From the NCBI GenBank assembly GCA_902580835.1, contig CACHMD010000003.1, forward strand, positions 2,114 to 66,113: 64,000 nucleotides of DNA. The letters are read 5' to 3'. Below are positions 14,199-25,818 of this stretch, in pieces (the first letter of the stretch is position 1; each line of letters starts with the position of its first letter). This DNA comes from an uncultured Pelagibacteraceae bacterium (GTDB lineage Bacteria > Pseudomonadota > Alphaproteobacteria > Pelagibacterales > Pelagibacteraceae). The notes beneath the pieces are model-generated. The model saw nothing but the letters and a program-made list of their open reading frames with translations, was not told the origin of the DNA and did not search any database. Made by a program: the position numbers and the translations under genes.

Positions 14199-14582
14199 TC
14201 AAAATAAATTTTTTCCAATCAAATATAAAATTATAGTTAAAAAGATTGACCCTATGATTACTAAAAGACCAGTTATTTTAGTTGTCTTAAGTTCAAATCC
14301 ATAACCTAAATCCATTATCAAATGTCTAATCTCACTTAAAATTTGAAAACAAAAAGACCAGGTCAAACCTAAAGTAATAAATTTTCCAATTTGAGAATTT
14401 AATAGTAAATTAACAGCCTCATAACTATTTTCACCTAATAATAATAAAGATGCCCACAAACAAATTAATGTAATCCCAATTATATTTATTATGCCCGTAA
14501 TTCTGTGTGAAATAGATACTAAAGACGAAATATGCCATTTATAAACTTGTATGTGAGGGGATAATGGTTTTTTATTTTCCAT
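14199..14582 (-). CDS. sdhC: Succinate dehydrogenase cytochrome b556 subunit
   Basis: KPLSPHIQVY, SISHRITG, IRHLIMDLG. Confidence 0.95.
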   Translation of the reverse strand: MENKKPLSPHIQVYKWHISSLVSISHRITGIINIIGITLICLWASLLLLGENSYEAVNLLLNSQIGKFITLGLTWSFCFQILSEIRHLIMDLGYGFELKTTKITGLLVIIGSIFLTIILYLIGKNLF

Positions 14583-15579
14583 GGTAATTGTCTTTAATTA
14601 CTGTTTCTGCAATTTCTACTGCATTCAAAGCCGCGCCTCTCAAAAGATTATCTGAAACAATCCATAAGTTTAATCCATTTTTAATTGTTTTATCTTCTCT
14701 TATTCTTGAAATAAAAGTTTCATCCATTCCCTCTGCTTCAATTGGAGTTGAATAACCACCATCATTTCTTTCATCAATAACTTTACAACCTTCAAAATTA
14801 TTCAAAGCATCTCTTACCTTTTCCAAAGTAAAAGGTTTTTCAAATTGTATGTTGACTGACTCAGAATGAGAAACAGAGATTGGTAATCTCACACATGTTG
14901 CCGTTAAATCAATTTTGGTATCTAAAATTTTTTTAGTTTCGTTCATCATTTTTAACTCTTCTTTAGTATAACCATCATCTGCAAATTGATCGATATGAGG
15001 GATGGCATTAAAAGCTATTTGTTTTGTAAAATTTTTAGATGATACTTTTTTACCATCTAAAACTAGTTTAGTTTGCTCAATAAGTTCATCCATGGGAGCT
15101 TTTCCACCTCCAGAAACTGATTGATAAGTAGACACGACAATTCTTTTGATAATAAATAAATCGTGTAAAGGTTTAAGAGCAATCACTAATTGAGCTGTTG
15201 AACAATTCGGATTTGCAACGATATTTTTTTTAATTTTTTTTAGATCATCTGAATTTACTTGTGGAACTATCAAAGGTACGTCTGGATCCATTCTAAAAAA
15301 ACTAGAGTTGTCAATTACCAAGCAATTTTTGGCTGCTCTTTCAGCAAATTTTTCAGAAATTTTTCCACCAGCTACAAAAAAAGCAATATTAACTTTTGAG
15401 AAATCAAAATTTTCTAAATCAAGGACATCCATTTCCTTACCTCTAAAACCAATTTTTTTTCCAACACTTTTTGAGGACGCAACTAAATATAAATTATCTA
15501 TAGAAAATTCTTTTCTCTCCAAAATTTCCAATGTTTTTCTACCAACATTTCCTGTTGCTCCTACAATTGCAATATTCAT
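14572..15579 (-). CDS. asd: Aspartate-semialdehyde dehydrogenase
   Basis: GATGNVG, IDNSSFFRM, ANPNCST, DNLLRGAALN. Confidence 0.97.
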   Translation of the reverse strand: MNIAIVGATGNVGRKTLEILERKEFSIDNLYLVASSKSVGKKIGFRGKEMDVLDLENFDFSKVNIAFFVAGGKISEKFAERAAKNCLVIDNSSFFRMDPDVPLIVPQVNSDDLKKIKKNIVANPNCSTAQLVIALKPLHDLFIIKRIVVSTYQSVSGGGKAPMDELIEQTKLVLDGKKVSSKNFTKQIAFNAIPHIDQFADDGYTKEELKMMNETKKILDTKIDLTATCVRLPISVSHSESVNIQFEKPFTLEKVRDALNNFEGCKVIDERNDGGYSTPIEAEGMDETFISRIREDKTIKNGLNLWIVSDNLLRGAALNAVEIAETVIKDNYHGK

Positions 15580-15594
15580 GATCTAAGTTTTATA

Positions 15595-16704
15595 CTAGAT
15601 GAAAGGTAAATCGCAAACTTTAAGAGCTAAAGAATTTCCATCAATTTCTATTGTTCCGGACGAAGATGCTTTGCAATATGGTTCTTTTATCATTGCAATA
15701 CCAATAACTTTTTTAAAATGAGGCGAGTAACAAGCGGATCTTAGTTCTCCAATTATATTTCCATCATTATTCTTGATGTTTAAAGAACTAGTTAAAAGAA
15801 TCTTGGTTAGATCTATCTGAACACCCATTAGCTTTCTATCAATTCCTTTTTCTTTAATTTTTTTAAGTTTATCTTTACCTAAAAAGTTTATATCAGTCTC
15901 TAAATCAATATATTTATCAAAACCACATTGAAATGGATTATCATTGTTATCAAAATCATTCCCATAAGAAAGTAAACCACTCTCAATCCTTTCGATTAAA
16001 TTTGGACATCCAGGTCTAACATTGAATTCTTTACCAATTTCAAAAAGATGATCGTATAACTTCAAACCTGAGTCGGTGTTTTCAACATAAATTTCAAAAC
16101 CGCCTTGTTTTGACCAACCAGATCTAGCTATTAAATGTTTTGCCCCATTAAAAGTGAAATAATCAAATCCAAAAAATTTTAACTCTTTTATTTTTTCACC
16201 AAAAACTTTTTCCATTAAATCAAAAGATTTAGGACCTTGAACTGCTAAGATATCTACGATTGGTTCAAAAATTTTTACATCAAATTTATTTCCTGAAGCA
16301 AGACCTTTTGCAAAAAAAATTACATCAGAGTCAGCAATTGATATCCACCATCTATCTTCAGCTAATTTTAAAATAACAGGATCATTTACCAAATTTCCAT
16401 TTTCATCGATTAAAGGACAATAATAACATCTTCCTACTTTGGATTTCGATAAATCTCTACAAGTCATGAGTTGTACAAGTTTTGCAGCATCTTTGCCTGA
16501 AATTTCAACCTGTCTTTCTGCAGCTACATCCCAAATTTGAACATTCTTTTTTAAATGATCACAAGACTCTTCCAAGGAACCGAAAGCTGCTGGTAAAAGC
16601 ATATGATTATAAACAGTATAAGCGGTAACACCTTGTTTCTCTATTCTAGAAGTATAGGGTGTACTTCTAACTCTTCTTGATTTTGCTATCGGATAACTTT
16701 TCAT
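15595..16704 (-). CDS. dmdA: Dimethylsulfoniopropionate demethylase (GcvT fold)
   Basis: 369 aa; [66 protein letters not shown] are DmdA-type motifs; adjacent to dmdB/dmdC. Confidence 0.93.
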   Translation of the reverse strand: MKSYPIAKSRRVRSTPYTSRIEKQGVTAYTVYNHMLLPAAFGSLEESCDHLKKNVQIWDVAAERQVEISGKDAAKLVQLMTCRDLSKSKVGRCYYCPLIDENGNLVNDPVILKLAEDRWWISIADSDVIFFAKGLASGNKFDVKIFEPIVDILAVQGPKSFDLMEKVFGEKIKELKFFGFDYFTFNGAKHLIARSGWSKQGGFEIYVENTDSGLKLYDHLFEIGKEFNVRPGCPNLIERIESGLLSYGNDFDNNDNPFQCGFDKYIDLETDINFLGKDKLKKIKEKGIDRKLMGVQIDLTKILLTSSLNIKNNDGNIIGELRSACYSPHFKKVIGIAMIKEPYCKASSSGTIEIDGNSLALKVCDLPFI

Positions 16705-17477
16705 TTAATTAAAAATTCTAAAATCTTTTCTCTCATTTCAAATGCTTTTTCAATCATTATCATATGACCACAACCTTTAATTACATGGGTAGATGAGTTT
16801 TTTACTAAATTTGAAAATTTTTTCCCTGCATCTAAATTGATCATTTTATCTAATTCTCCGAAAATAAGTAATGTGGGAAGATCTAAAACTTTTGTTGCCT
16901 CTAACCCATTTGAGTAGTTATTACACGCATTTAAATCAACTGCTAAAATTTCACTAATATCTCTTGGGGACTGAATTATTTTTTCTACTGGATTACCACC
17001 AATAAATTTTTTTGAGCCTTCATAACCCCATTTCATCATTAATTTTACTGCATCAGAGTCACCATTATTTGCAAGTTCTATTAAATCAGGATGAACTGGC
17101 ATTTTATTTGAACCGCCGACTAAAACTATTTTATTTAACCTGCTTTTATATTTAAAAGCATATTCAAGTATTTCTAAACATCCTTGAGAATGACCAACTA
17201 AAATCAAATTTTTTAATTGCAATTTTTTAAATACACTTTCTAGCCAATCAGCAATTTTTTCTATGGTATCTAAACATGGTCCATCTGAATTTCCATGACC
17301 AGGAAGATCGATAGACAATACATTGAAATTCTTATTCGAAAAAAATTGTTCAGTTAATGACCAAACTATGTGTGAAAGGCCACTTCCATGAAGAAAAACT
17401 ATTGTTTGTTTTTTTGGATCTATGCCTTGACCTGCATCAGATGCATGAATAGTTTTATTTTCTATTTCAAATATCAA
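16701..17477 (-). CDS. Alpha/beta hydrolase within the DMSP demethylation cluster
   Basis: FLHGSG oxyanion region, DLPGHG, GHSQG nucleophile elbow, GELD acid, CGH His. Confidence 0.88.
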   Translation of the reverse strand: MIFEIENKTIHASDAGQGIDPKKQTIVFLHGSGLSHIVWSLTEQFFSNKNFNVLSIDLPGHGNSDGPCLDTIEKIADWLESVFKKLQLKNLILVGHSQGCLEILEYAFKYKSRLNKIVLVGGSNKMPVHPDLIELANNGDSDAVKLMMKWGYEGSKKFIGGNPVEKIIQSPRDISEILAVDLNACNNYSNGLEATKVLDLPTLLIFGELDKMINLDAGKKFSNLVKNSSTHVIKGCGHMIMIEKAFEMREKILEFLIK

Positions 17478-17485
17478 TCAATTAC

Positions 17486-19102
17486 CTAAAATTTTTTTCT
17501 CAATTCAAATTTTTGAATTTTTCCTGTCGATGTTTTAGGTAGTTCACAAAAAACAACTTGTTTTGGCACTTTGAAACCTGCGAGGGTTTCTTTACAAAAA
17601 CCAATTAATTCTTTCTCGGTTGTTGGTTTATCCTTTACCATCTCAATAAATGCACAAGGTACCTCTCCCCATTTTTCATCTGGTTTAGCTACAACGGCTG
17701 CAATAGATACTGAGGGATGTTTTGCAAGAGTATTTTCTATTTCTATAGAGGATATGTTTTCACCTCCAGAAATTATTATATCTTTAGACCTATCCTGGAT
17801 TTTTACATATCCATCTGGATGCATGACAGCTAAGTCACCAGAATGAAACCAACCACCAGCCATTGCTTTATTTGTTGCATCCTTATCCTTAAAATAACCC
17901 TTCATGACTACATTTCCTTTAATCATTATTTCACCAATCGTCTTTCCATCTTTTGGAACTTCAGTCATTGTTTCTGGATCCATCACAGCAATCCCTTCTG
18001 TATTTGGATATCTAACTCCTTGTCTTGCTTTAATTTCGTTCTGCTTTTCCTCATCGAAGTCATTCCAAGCATCATTCCACGCACATTGAGTTACATGTCC
18101 ATAAGTTTCAGTTAATCCATAAACATGCATAACTTCAAAACCAAGTTCTTTCATTTTTTTGAAAATTATACTTGGCGGTGGAGCTCCTGCAGTAAGGACG
18201 TATACTTTTTGCTTTAATTTTTTTCTATCAGACTCTGGTGCACCAGTTATCATATTTAGTACAATAGGTGCTCCACCAAAGTGAGTAACATTATGTTTGT
18301 CTATTAATTGAAATATTTTTTTTACATCTATATTTCTTAGACAAATTGTTCTTCCATTTAACATGGGTATAGTCCAAGGATAACCCCATCCATTACAATG
18401 GAACATTGGGACGATAGTTAAAAAATTAAGTCTGTTTGGCATGTTCCAGGCAACTGCACTACCCGTGGACATTAAATATGATCCCCGATGATGGTAAACA
18501 ACGCCTTTAGGGTTTCCGGTAGTTCCAGATGTATAGCTCAATGATATTGCTTGCCACTCGTCATCTGGCATTTTCCAATCAAAATTTTCATCACCGGTAT
18601 TTAAAAAACTTTCGTATTCTAGATCACCAATTTTTTCACACTTTGATTGGTCTGCAAATTTATCAACTATATCAATAATTGTGATTTTCTTTTTTAAAGT
18701 GCTTAACGCTTTTTTAACTTCTATGTGTAATTGTCTATCAACAACAAGAACTTTAGCATCACTATGTTCTAAAATATAAGCAATAGTTTTAGCATCTAAT
18801 CTTATGTTAATTGTATTTAATACTGCACCAGACATAGGAACAGAGTAATGTCCCTCAAAAATTTCAGGGGTGTTGAAAGCTAAAAATGAGACAGTATCTC
18901 CTTTATTAATTCCAATTTTATTAAGGGCGCTTGCAAATTTAATAGTACGTTTGTAAACATCAGCCCAGGTGTATTTACGATCTTCATAGATAATTGCTTC
19001 ATAATCAGGATAAATCTCTTTTGCTCTCTTCAAAAAAGTCAAAGGAGTTAAAGGAACATAATTTGCACTATTCTTATCTAAATTAGTATCGTAATGATTC
19101 AT
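17486..19102 (-). CDS. dmdB: 3-(methylthio)propionyl-CoA ligase (AMP-dependent acyl-CoA synthetase)
   Basis: YTSGTTGNPKG AMP-binding motif, YGLTE, GGENISS, PKTSTGK; lies between dmdA and an acyl-CoA dehydrogenase. Confidence 0.82.
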   Translation of the reverse strand: MNHYDTNLDKNSANYVPLTPLTFLKRAKEIYPDYEAIIYEDRKYTWADVYKRTIKFASALNKIGINKGDTVSFLAFNTPEIFEGHYSVPMSGAVLNTINIRLDAKTIAYILEHSDAKVLVVDRQLHIEVKKALSTLKKKITIIDIVDKFADQSKCEKIGDLEYESFLNTGDENFDWKMPDDEWQAISLSYTSGTTGNPKGVVYHHRGSYLMSTGSAVAWNMPNRLNFLTIVPMFHCNGWGYPWTIPMLNGRTICLRNIDVKKIFQLIDKHNVTHFGGAPIVLNMITGAPESDRKKLKQKVYVLTAGAPPPSIIFKKMKELGFEVMHVYGLTETYGHVTQCAWNDAWNDFDEEKQNEIKARQGVRYPNTEGIAVMDPETMTEVPKDGKTIGEIMIKGNVVMKGYFKDKDATNKAMAGGWFHSGDLAVMHPDGYVKIQDRSKDIIISGGENISSIEIENTLAKHPSVSIAAVVAKPDEKWGEVPCAFIEMVKDKPTTEKELIGFCKETLAGFKVPKQVVFCELPKTSTGKIQKFELRKKF

Positions 19103-20866
19103 TTAATTGAATTTAAAATTCATAATATTGGAGCTTCCAGAAATTGCTGATTTGTAATGTTGTTCAGCTCTTGGTAGAACTTTATCAAAATAAAACCTAG
19201 CAGTATCGATTTTGTCATCATAAAAGATTTTATTTTCATTATAATCTTTAAAACTTACCTCTAGTACTTTTATCCATGCATAAGCAATCGAAACAAATCC
19301 GAGAGTTTTAAGATAATCATTAGCAGCAGCACTTACATCATCTTTATCTGTTTTAGATTTCTCAATCATCCAATCACTAAATTTTTTTAACACATCTAAA
19401 TAATTATTAAAATCTGAGATGAATGGTCTTATTTTTTCGTTGTTAGAATTACATTCATTTTTAACCTGATCTAAAAATTTATAAATTACGTTCCCATTCT
19501 TATTTGATAATTTTCTAAAAACTAAATCAGCAGCTTGTACAGAATTCGTGCCCTCGTAAATAGGTGTGATTCTATTATCTCGATACAACTGCTCTATTCC
19601 TTGATCTTTAGTATAACCATATCCGCCATAAATTTGCATTGCATCACTAGTGATTTCCATTGCTAAATCTGTAAACAAGGATTTAACTACTGGAGTCATT
19701 AATGAGACATAATCAGATGCCTCCTGCCGAGCTTTTTCATCTGGATGATATAGGCTTACCTCAGTTTGTTGAGATAACCAAAAACATAAGGCTCTCTCAC
19801 CCTCAATAATAGATTTCATATTTAACAACGATCTTCTAATATCTGCATGCTCAATTATAAAATCAGCACCATTTTTAGATTTTGAATTATTCGACTTACC
19901 TTGCTTTCTCTCTTTTGCGTATGAAAGTGAATTTTGATAAGCAATCTCTGATATACCCAAACCCTGTATCCCAACAACGATCCTCTCAAGATTCATCATC
20001 GTAAACATTGCACTCAAACCTTTTTCCTTATCACCAATCATGTAACCAGTTGCTTCATCAAAATTAAGAACACAAGTTGCTGATCCTTTGATTCCCATTT
20101 TTGTTTCGATAGAACCAGTTGATATTCCATTTCTTGGACCAACATTCCCATCTTCTTTTACAATAAACTTTGGAACTAAAAACAGACTGATACCTTTAGT
20201 GCCAGCCGGAGAGTCATCCACTCTTGCTAAAACCAAATGAATAATATTTTCAGTTAAATCGTGATCACCAGAGGTAATAAAAATTTTCTGTCCAGTTAAT
20301 TTGAATGTTCCATCAGGTTGTTTTTTAGCCTTTGTTTTTAGTAGCCCTAAATCAGTACCACATACTGGTTCAGTTAAGCACATTGTTCCACTCCACTTAC
20401 CTTCTACAATTTTTGGTAAATATTTATTTTTGATTTCATCACTAGCATGATGATTAATACAATTATAAGCACCAATACTAAGTTCACTATAGAGTTTAAA
20501 AGAAAGGCTAGCAGACGATAACATTTCATCAAAAAATGCGCTCACTGTTTTTGGCATACCTTGACCCCCATATTTTGGATCACATGATAAAGATGTCCAA
20601 CCATCCTCAATATATTTTTTATAAGCCTCTTTGTAACCCGGAGGCGTTCTTACAACTCCATTTTCTAAAATTGCAGGATTTTCATCCCCAACTTTAGCTA
20701 ATGGTAAAATTAAATTTTGATTTATTTTTGCTGCTTCTTGTAGAATATCTTTTACTAAATCTGGGGTAACTTCTTTATATTTTTCCAATTCATTATACTC
20801 TTTGTTGTTTCTTAGTTTTTCAAAAAGAAACATCATATCTTCAACAGGTGCAGTATAAGTTGGCAT
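19103..20866 (-). CDS. dmdC: 3-(methylthio)propionyl-CoA dehydrogenase (long acyl-CoA dehydrogenase)
   Basis: MCLTEP.CGTDLG, GQKIFIT.G.HD, KMGIKGSATC, GGYGY, IYEGTN; DMSP cluster context. Confidence 0.82.
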   Translation of the reverse strand: MPTYTAPVEDMMFLFEKLRNNKEYNELEKYKEVTPDLVKDILQEAAKINQNLILPLAKVGDENPAILENGVVRTPPGYKEAYKKYIEDGWTSLSCDPKYGGQGMPKTVSAFFDEMLSSASLSFKLYSELSIGAYNCINHHASDEIKNKYLPKIVEGKWSGTMCLTEPVCGTDLGLLKTKAKKQPDGTFKLTGQKIFITSGDHDLTENIIHLVLARVDDSPAGTKGISLFLVPKFIVKEDGNVGPRNGISTGSIETKMGIKGSATCVLNFDEATGYMIGDKEKGLSAMFTMMNLERIVVGIQGLGISEIAYQNSLSYAKERKQGKSNNSKSKNGADFIIEHADIRRSLLNMKSIIEGERALCFWLSQQTEVSLYHPDEKARQEASDYVSLMTPVVKSLFTDLAMEITSDAMQIYGGYGYTKDQGIEQLYRDNRITPIYEGTNSVQAADLVFRKLSNKNGNVIYKFLDQVKNECNSNNEKIRPFISDFNNYLDVLKKFSDWMIEKSKTDKDDVSAAANDYLKTLGFVSIAYAWIKVLEVSFKDYNENKIFYDDKIDTARFYFDKVLPRAEQHYKSAISGSSNIMNFKFN

Positions 20867-20892
20867 AATTTGATTCTAAAATAATTAATTTA

Positions 20893-21999
20893 TTATTGCA
20901 ATTTTGAAATGATCGCATCACCCATTTGTGATGTAGTCACCTCTTTTGTACCTTTTGATAAAATATCTTTAGTTCTTAAACCATCATTTAATACATCCTG
21001 TACAGCTTTTTCCAGAGCTTCTGCCTCTTTATCTAAATCTAATGAATATCTCAAAGCCATAGCAAAACTTAAAATTGTAGCTATTGGATTAGCAATACTT
21101 TTACCAGCTATATCTGGAGCCGAACCATGAATAGGTTCATACATAGCCCTCATCTCTCCATCTTTATTTTTTGCACCTAAAGATGCAGAAGGTAAAAGAC
21201 CTAATGATCCAGTCAACATTGAGGCTTGGTCAGATAACATGTCTCCAAACAAATTATCTGTTACAATTACATCAAATTGCTTTGGATTTCTCAACAACTG
21301 CATAGCACAATTGTCTGCAAGCATATGACTTAGTTCAACGTCTTTAAATTCTTTATCGTGTAATGTCTGAACCTCTTCTTTCCAAAGTTGGCCTGCCTCC
21401 ATAACATTTGATTTTTCACAAGAAGTTACTTTGTTTGATCTTTTTTTTGCTAAATCAAAGGCAACTCTAGCAACTCTTATAATCTCATTGCTTGTGTAAG
21501 TGTGAGTATTAATCCCTTTTCTTTCCCCATTTTCAATTGGTTTAATTCCTCTAGGCTCACCAAAATATATTCCTCCAGTTAACTCTCTTACAATCATAAT
21601 ATCTAAACCTGAAACAATTTCAGGTTTTAATGTTGAGGCATCAACTAATTGTTTAAAACATATCGCTGGTCTCAAATTAGCAAATAGTTTTAATTCTTTT
21701 CTTAGTTTTAAAAGTGCTCTCTCAGGTTTTTTGGAAAACTCAACATTATCCCACTTTGGTCCTCCTACAGCGCCTAACATAACAACTGCACTTTCTAATG
21801 CTTTGTAAAAAACCTCATCTGTAATAGGTGTACCATGCTTATCGTAAGAGCATCCTCCCGCTAAATCTTCATCCATCTCAAAATCTAGAGACTTTTTATC
21901 ATTGAACCAATTGATAATTTTTTTTACTTCACCAATAACTTCGGGACCAATACCATCTCCGGGAAGTAATAGTATCTTTCTCTTTTTTACCTTAATCAC
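20893..21999 (-). CDS. leuB: 3-isopropylmalate dehydrogenase
   Basis: [39 protein letters not shown]. Confidence 0.97.
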   Translation of the reverse strand: MIKVKKRKILLLPGDGIGPEVIGEVKKIINWFNDKKSLDFEMDEDLAGGCSYDKHGTPITDEVFYKALESAVVMLGAVGGPKWDNVEFSKKPERALLKLRKELKLFANLRPAICFKQLVDASTLKPEIVSGLDIMIVRELTGGIYFGEPRGIKPIENGERKGINTHTYTSNEIIRVARVAFDLAKKRSNKVTSCEKSNVMEAGQLWKEEVQTLHDKEFKDVELSHMLADNCAMQLLRNPKQFDVIVTDNLFGDMLSDQASMLTGSLGLLPSASLGAKNKDGEMRAMYEPIHGSAPDIAGKSIANPIATILSFAMALRYSLDLDKEAEALEKAVQDVLNDGLRTKDILSKGTKEVTTSQMGDAIISKLQ

Positions 22000-22597
22000 T
22001 TATAATCCATGGCTTAGAGCTTTTTAATTTTTGCTCGAAACTTTTTATCTTATCAGATTTATTTAAAGATAGCGCAATATCATCTAAACCTTCAAGAAGA
22101 CATTTCTTTTTAAAGGAGTCTATTTTAAATTTAATTTCATTATTACCATAAACTATTTTTTCTTCTTTAAGGTCTACTGAAATTTCTTCTTTTCTATTAG
22201 CATATTCAGACAACTCTTTTATTTTTTCTTCATCAACAATAATTGGTAAAATTCCATTCTTAAAACAATTGCTATAAAAAATATCAGCAAAACTGGAGCT
22301 AATTACACATGTAATACCAAAATCTAATAATGCCCAAGGAGCGTGTTCTCTTGAGGATCCACAACCAAAGTTTTTTCCTGCTATCAGTATTTTTGAATTT
22401 GTAAATGGATCTTTATTTAATATAAAATCGCCTATTTTATTTCCATTATCATCATACCTCATTTCAAAAAACAAATTTTTTCCAAGTCCAGTTCTTTTAA
22501 TTGTTTTTAAAAACTGCTTTGGGATAATCATATCAGTATCGATATTTACTATTGGTAAATATGCTGGAATACTTTTTAATGTAGAAAATTTTTGCAT
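21992..22597 (-). CDS. leuD: 3-isopropylmalate dehydratase small subunit
   Basis: [26 protein letters not shown]. Confidence 0.97.
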   Translation of the reverse strand: MQKFSTLKSIPAYLPIVNIDTDMIIPKQFLKTIKRTGLGKNLFFEMRYDDNGNKIGDFILNKDPFTNSKILIAGKNFGCGSSREHAPWALLDFGITCVISSSFADIFYSNCFKNGILPIIVDEEKIKELSEYANRKEEISVDLKEEKIVYGNNEIKFKIDSFKKKCLLEGLDDIALSLNKSDKIKSFEQKLKSSKPWIISD

Positions 22598-24000
22598 TAA
22601 TTTTGATACTTTCTTACATCGTCCAAATTTCCAGAAATTGCTGCTGCAGCTGCCATTCCTGGGCTCACAAGGTGTGTTCTTCCACCTCTACCTTGTCTTC
22701 CCTCAAAATTTCTGTTTGATGTTGATGCACATCTTTGCTCTGGTTTTAGTTTATCAGCATTCATTGCTAAACACATAGAACATCCTGGTTCTCTCCATTC
22801 AAAACCAGATTCTTCAAATATTTTATGTAAACCCTCTTGCTCTGCTTGTTCTTTCACTAAACCAGATCCTGGAACAACCATTGCATGAACATGAGAGGCA
22901 ATTTTTTTATCTTTTAAAATCTTTGCTGCTTCTCGTAAATCCTCAATTCTTCCATTTGTACAACTACCAATAAAAACCTTATCAATCTTAATATCTTTAG
23001 CAGCCATATCAGGTTTTAAACCCATATATTTTAGAGCTCTTTCAATAGAATTTTTTCTATCCTCATCTTTTTCATTGTCTGGGTTTGGTACTTTATCCTC
23101 AATAGTAATGACATCTTGAGGTGAAGTTCCCCAGGTAATCATCGGTGAAATTTCATTAGCTTGAAGACTTATTTCTTTATCAAAATTTGCACCATCATCA
23201 GATTTTAAACTTCTCCAGTACGCTAAAGCTTTATCCCATTTTTCACCTTTGGGTGACATAGGTTTTCCCTCCAAATACTTGAAAATTTTTTCGTCTGGTG
23301 CAATCAAACCTGCTCTTGCTCCACCCTCTATAGTCATGTTGCATATAGTCATTCTTTGCTCAACACTCAATGATCTGATTAAATCACCAGCATACTCAAT
23401 AACACATCCTGTTCCACCTGCTGTTCCTATTTTTCCAATTATTTGTAAAATTACATCTTTTGAAGTAACACCTAACGGAAGTTTTCCATTAACATTAATT
23501 CTGAAATTTTTTGCTTTTTTTTGCACTAAAGTTTGTGTTGCTAGTACGTGTTCAACCTCTGAGGTGCCTATACCAAATGCTAAAGCACCAAACGCTCCAT
23601 GTGTAGCTGTATGACTATCTCCACAAACTATAACTGTTCCAGGTTGAGTAAATCCTTGTTCAGGACCAATTATATGAACTATGCCTTGACGCTTATCCTC
23701 CATTCCAAAGAGTTGGATATCAAATTCCTTACAATTCTTTTCTAATGTATCAACTTGAATTTTAGATTCTTTATCTGAAATACCATTGGTTCTATCAGTA
23801 GTTGGGACGTTGTGATCTGCAACGGCCAATGTAAGCTTTGGGTGTCTTACTTTTCTTTTAGAATTTCGTAAACCTTCAAATGCTTGTGGACTGGTCACTT
23901 CATGAACGAGATGCCTATCAACAAATAATAAAGCTGTTCCATCATCTTGCTGATCAACTAAGTGTTCTTTCCAAATTTTGTCGTAAAGAGTATTAGGCAT
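22597..24000 (-). CDS. leuC: 3-isopropylmalate dehydratase large subunit
   Basis: [40 protein letters not shown]. Confidence 0.98.
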   Translation of the reverse strand: MPNTLYDKIWKEHLVDQQDDGTALLFVDRHLVHEVTSPQAFEGLRNSKRKVRHPKLTLAVADHNVPTTDRTNGISDKESKIQVDTLEKNCKEFDIQLFGMEDKRQGIVHIIGPEQGFTQPGTVIVCGDSHTATHGAFGALAFGIGTSEVEHVLATQTLVQKKAKNFRINVNGKLPLGVTSKDVILQIIGKIGTAGGTGCVIEYAGDLIRSLSVEQRMTICNMTIEGGARAGLIAPDEKIFKYLEGKPMSPKGEKWDKALAYWRSLKSDDGANFDKEISLQANEISPMITWGTSPQDVITIEDKVPNPDNEKDEDRKNSIERALKYMGLKPDMAAKDIKIDKVFIGSCTNGRIEDLREAAKILKDKKIASHVHAMVVPGSGLVKEQAEQEGLHKIFEESGFEWREPGCSMCLAMNADKLKPEQRCASTSNRNFEGRQGRGGRTHLVSPGMAAAAAISGNLDDVRKYQN

Positions 24001-24011
24001 TGAAAAAAAAT

Positions 24012-24590
24012 TTATTTTTTTTCTGGAGAAGTTTCAAGTTTTTCTTCAGTTTTAGGTTTTGTTTCAACTTTAGCTGTTTCTTCTTTTTTTGGCTCTTCCT
24101 TAGGAGTTTCTTCTTTCTTAGCCTCTGCCTTAGTTACATCTTCTTTATTATCAGATGCTTCTGTTGAAACAGGAGCTAAATTTTCCTCAGTTACTGTTTC
24201 TGGTTTTACATCTATATCAATACCAATCTTCTTTCTTATTTTTTCGGCAATTCTAGCTGATTTACCAGTTCTATCTCTTAAGTAATATAGTTTAGCTCTT
24301 CTAACTTTTCCGGAACGAATAACTTTAATTGAGTCAATTACTGTACCAAATAGTGGGAATGTTCTCTCAACACCTTCACCAAAAGAAATCTTTCTAACTG
24401 TAAAAGAAGAATTTAAATCTCTGCTTTTTTTGGCAATACATACACCTTCAAAATACTGAATTCTCTCTTTCTTTCCCTCTGTAATTCTTACACCAACTTT
24501 TACAACATCACCTGGAAAGAATTCTGGAATCTTTTTTTCCGAAAGAATTTTTTTTACATTATGTTGATTTATTTCTTCAATCGTTTTCAT
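24012..24590 (-). CDS. rplS: 50S ribosomal protein L19 with acidic/Lys-rich C-terminal tail
   Basis: [29 protein letters not shown] at 24590 preferred over the track start at 24605. Confidence 0.96.
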   Translation of the reverse strand: MKTIEEINQHNVKKILSEKKIPEFFPGDVVKVGVRITEGKKERIQYFEGVCIAKKSRDLNSSFTVRKISFGEGVERTFPLFGTVIDSIKVIRSGKVRRAKLYYLRDRTGKSARIAEKIRKKIGIDIDVKPETVTEENLAPVSTEASDNKEDVTKAEAKKEETPKEEPKKEETAKVETKPKTEEKLETSPEKK

Positions 24591-24606
24591 TTCAATATTT
24601 ATCAAG

Positions 24607-25293
24607 TTAATCTTTCTTATATTTTTGCCACAAATCTGGTCTTCGGACGCGTGTTATAGCCTCAGATTGAGATAAACGCCAGTCTTTAATTTTGCTATGA
24701 TCCCCTGATAATAAGACATCTGGTACTGATTTTTTCTCCCAAATTTGAGGTTTTGTATATTGAGGATACTCTAAAAGACCATTTTCAAAAGTTTCCTCTG
24801 AAGATGATTTATCATTACCTAAAACTCCAGGCAAAAGTCTTAACACACTATCAAGAACTACAAGAGCAGCTGTTTCCCCTCCAGAAAGCACATAATCTCC
24901 TATACTTATTTCCTCAATATTTCTTGTGGATAGTACTCTTTCATCAACACCTTCGAAATGTCCACAAATTAAACTGAATGATTTTTCTTTTGATAAATCT
25001 TGTGCAAGTTTTTGATCAAATTTTTTACCTTTTGGCGAAAGATAAAAAATTCTTTCCCCCTTCTGGATATTTTTATCAATTGATTTTGCTAATATGTCTG
25101 GTTTTAACAGCATACCTGATCCACCACCATATGGAGTATCATCAACAGTTTTGTGTTTATCTGTGGCTGCATCTCTTATGTTTACTACATCAAGACTCCA
25201 TATCTTTTTAGCCATTGCTTTTCCATATAATCCTTTATTTAACGGACCAGGGAAAATTTCTGGATAAAGTGTTAACACTTGTGTCTTTAACAT
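24607..25293 (-). CDS. trmD: tRNA (guanosine(37)-N1)-methyltransferase
   Basis: [39 protein letters not shown]. Confidence 0.97.
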   Translation of the reverse strand: MLKTQVLTLYPEIFPGPLNKGLYGKAMAKKIWSLDVVNIRDAATDKHKTVDDTPYGGGSGMLLKPDILAKSIDKNIQKGERIFYLSPKGKKFDQKLAQDLSKEKSFSLICGHFEGVDERVLSTRNIEEISIGDYVLSGGETAALVVLDSVLRLLPGVLGNDKSSSEETFENGLLEYPQYTKPQIWEKKSVPDVLLSGDHSKIKDWRLSQSEAITRVRRPDLWQKYKKD

Positions 25294-25307
25294 AAGTAAA
25301 CCTTAAA

Positions 25308-25805
25308 TTACTTTTTTTCCTCTTTTGGAGCGTCTGCTTTTGGAGCTTCCTCTTTTGGAGCGTCTGCTTTTGGAGCTTCCTCTTTTTTAGCGTCTGCTTT
25401 TGGAGCTTCTGCTTTTGGTGCTTCTTCTTTTTTTGCTCCATCTGTCGGTGCTGCATCTGCTTTTACTGCCTCTTCCTTTTTAGGATCATCAGACCCTTCT
25501 TTTTTTCTATCTTTTTTTGGAATAGCTTTTTGAGGATTATTACCATTAGCAGGCATTGGCATTAACTCATTTTCACCTAAGATTCTTGCTACTCTTGTAG
25601 TCGGTTGTGCACCTTGGCCTAACCAATATTTAATTCTTTCAGCCTCTAATCCTATTCTCTCTTTTTTTTCTTTAGGTAATAGAGGATTAAAAAAACCAAC
25701 TTTTTCTATGAAACGTCCATCTCTTGCAAAACGACTATCAGCTACAACAACTTTGTAAACTGGTCTTTTCTTTGTTCCACCTCTTGATAATCTAAGTTTT
25801 AACAT
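25308..25805 (-). CDS. rpsP: 30S ribosomal protein S16 with long repetitive C-terminal tail
   Basis: [35 protein letters not shown]; AAGGAG Shine-Dalgarno upstream. Confidence 0.96.
   Translation of the reverse strand: MLKLRLSRGGTKKRPVYKVVVADSRFARDGRFIEKVGFFNPLLPKEKKERIGLEAERIKYWLGQGAQPTTRVARILGENELMPMPANGNNPQKAIPKKDRKKEGSDDPKKEEAVKADAAPTDGAKKEEAPKAEAPKADAKKEEAPKADAPKEEAPKADAPKEEKK
25321..25410. repeat. Three tandem 30-bp coding repeats in the rpsP tail
   Basis: TCTTTTGGAGCGTCTGCTTTTGGAGCTTCC twice exactly (25321-25380) plus a near copy (25381-25410); encodes [10 protein letters not shown]-type units. Confidence 0.95.
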
Positions 25806-25818
25806 TTACTCTCCTTTT

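Noticed and set aside
15595-16704. Glycine cleavage T protein (gcvT)
   Set aside because: No gcvH/gcvP neighbours; DmdA-type motifs and dmdB/dmdC context.
25321-25410. 30-bp direct repeats as a CRISPR array
   Set aside because: The repeats are contiguous with no spacers, in frame within rpsP, and no cas genes are present.
25235-25456. 73-aa Lys/Gln-rich ORF overlapping rpsP/trmD
   Set aside because: An alternative frame of the rpsP repeat tail; it stays open only because of the repeats.
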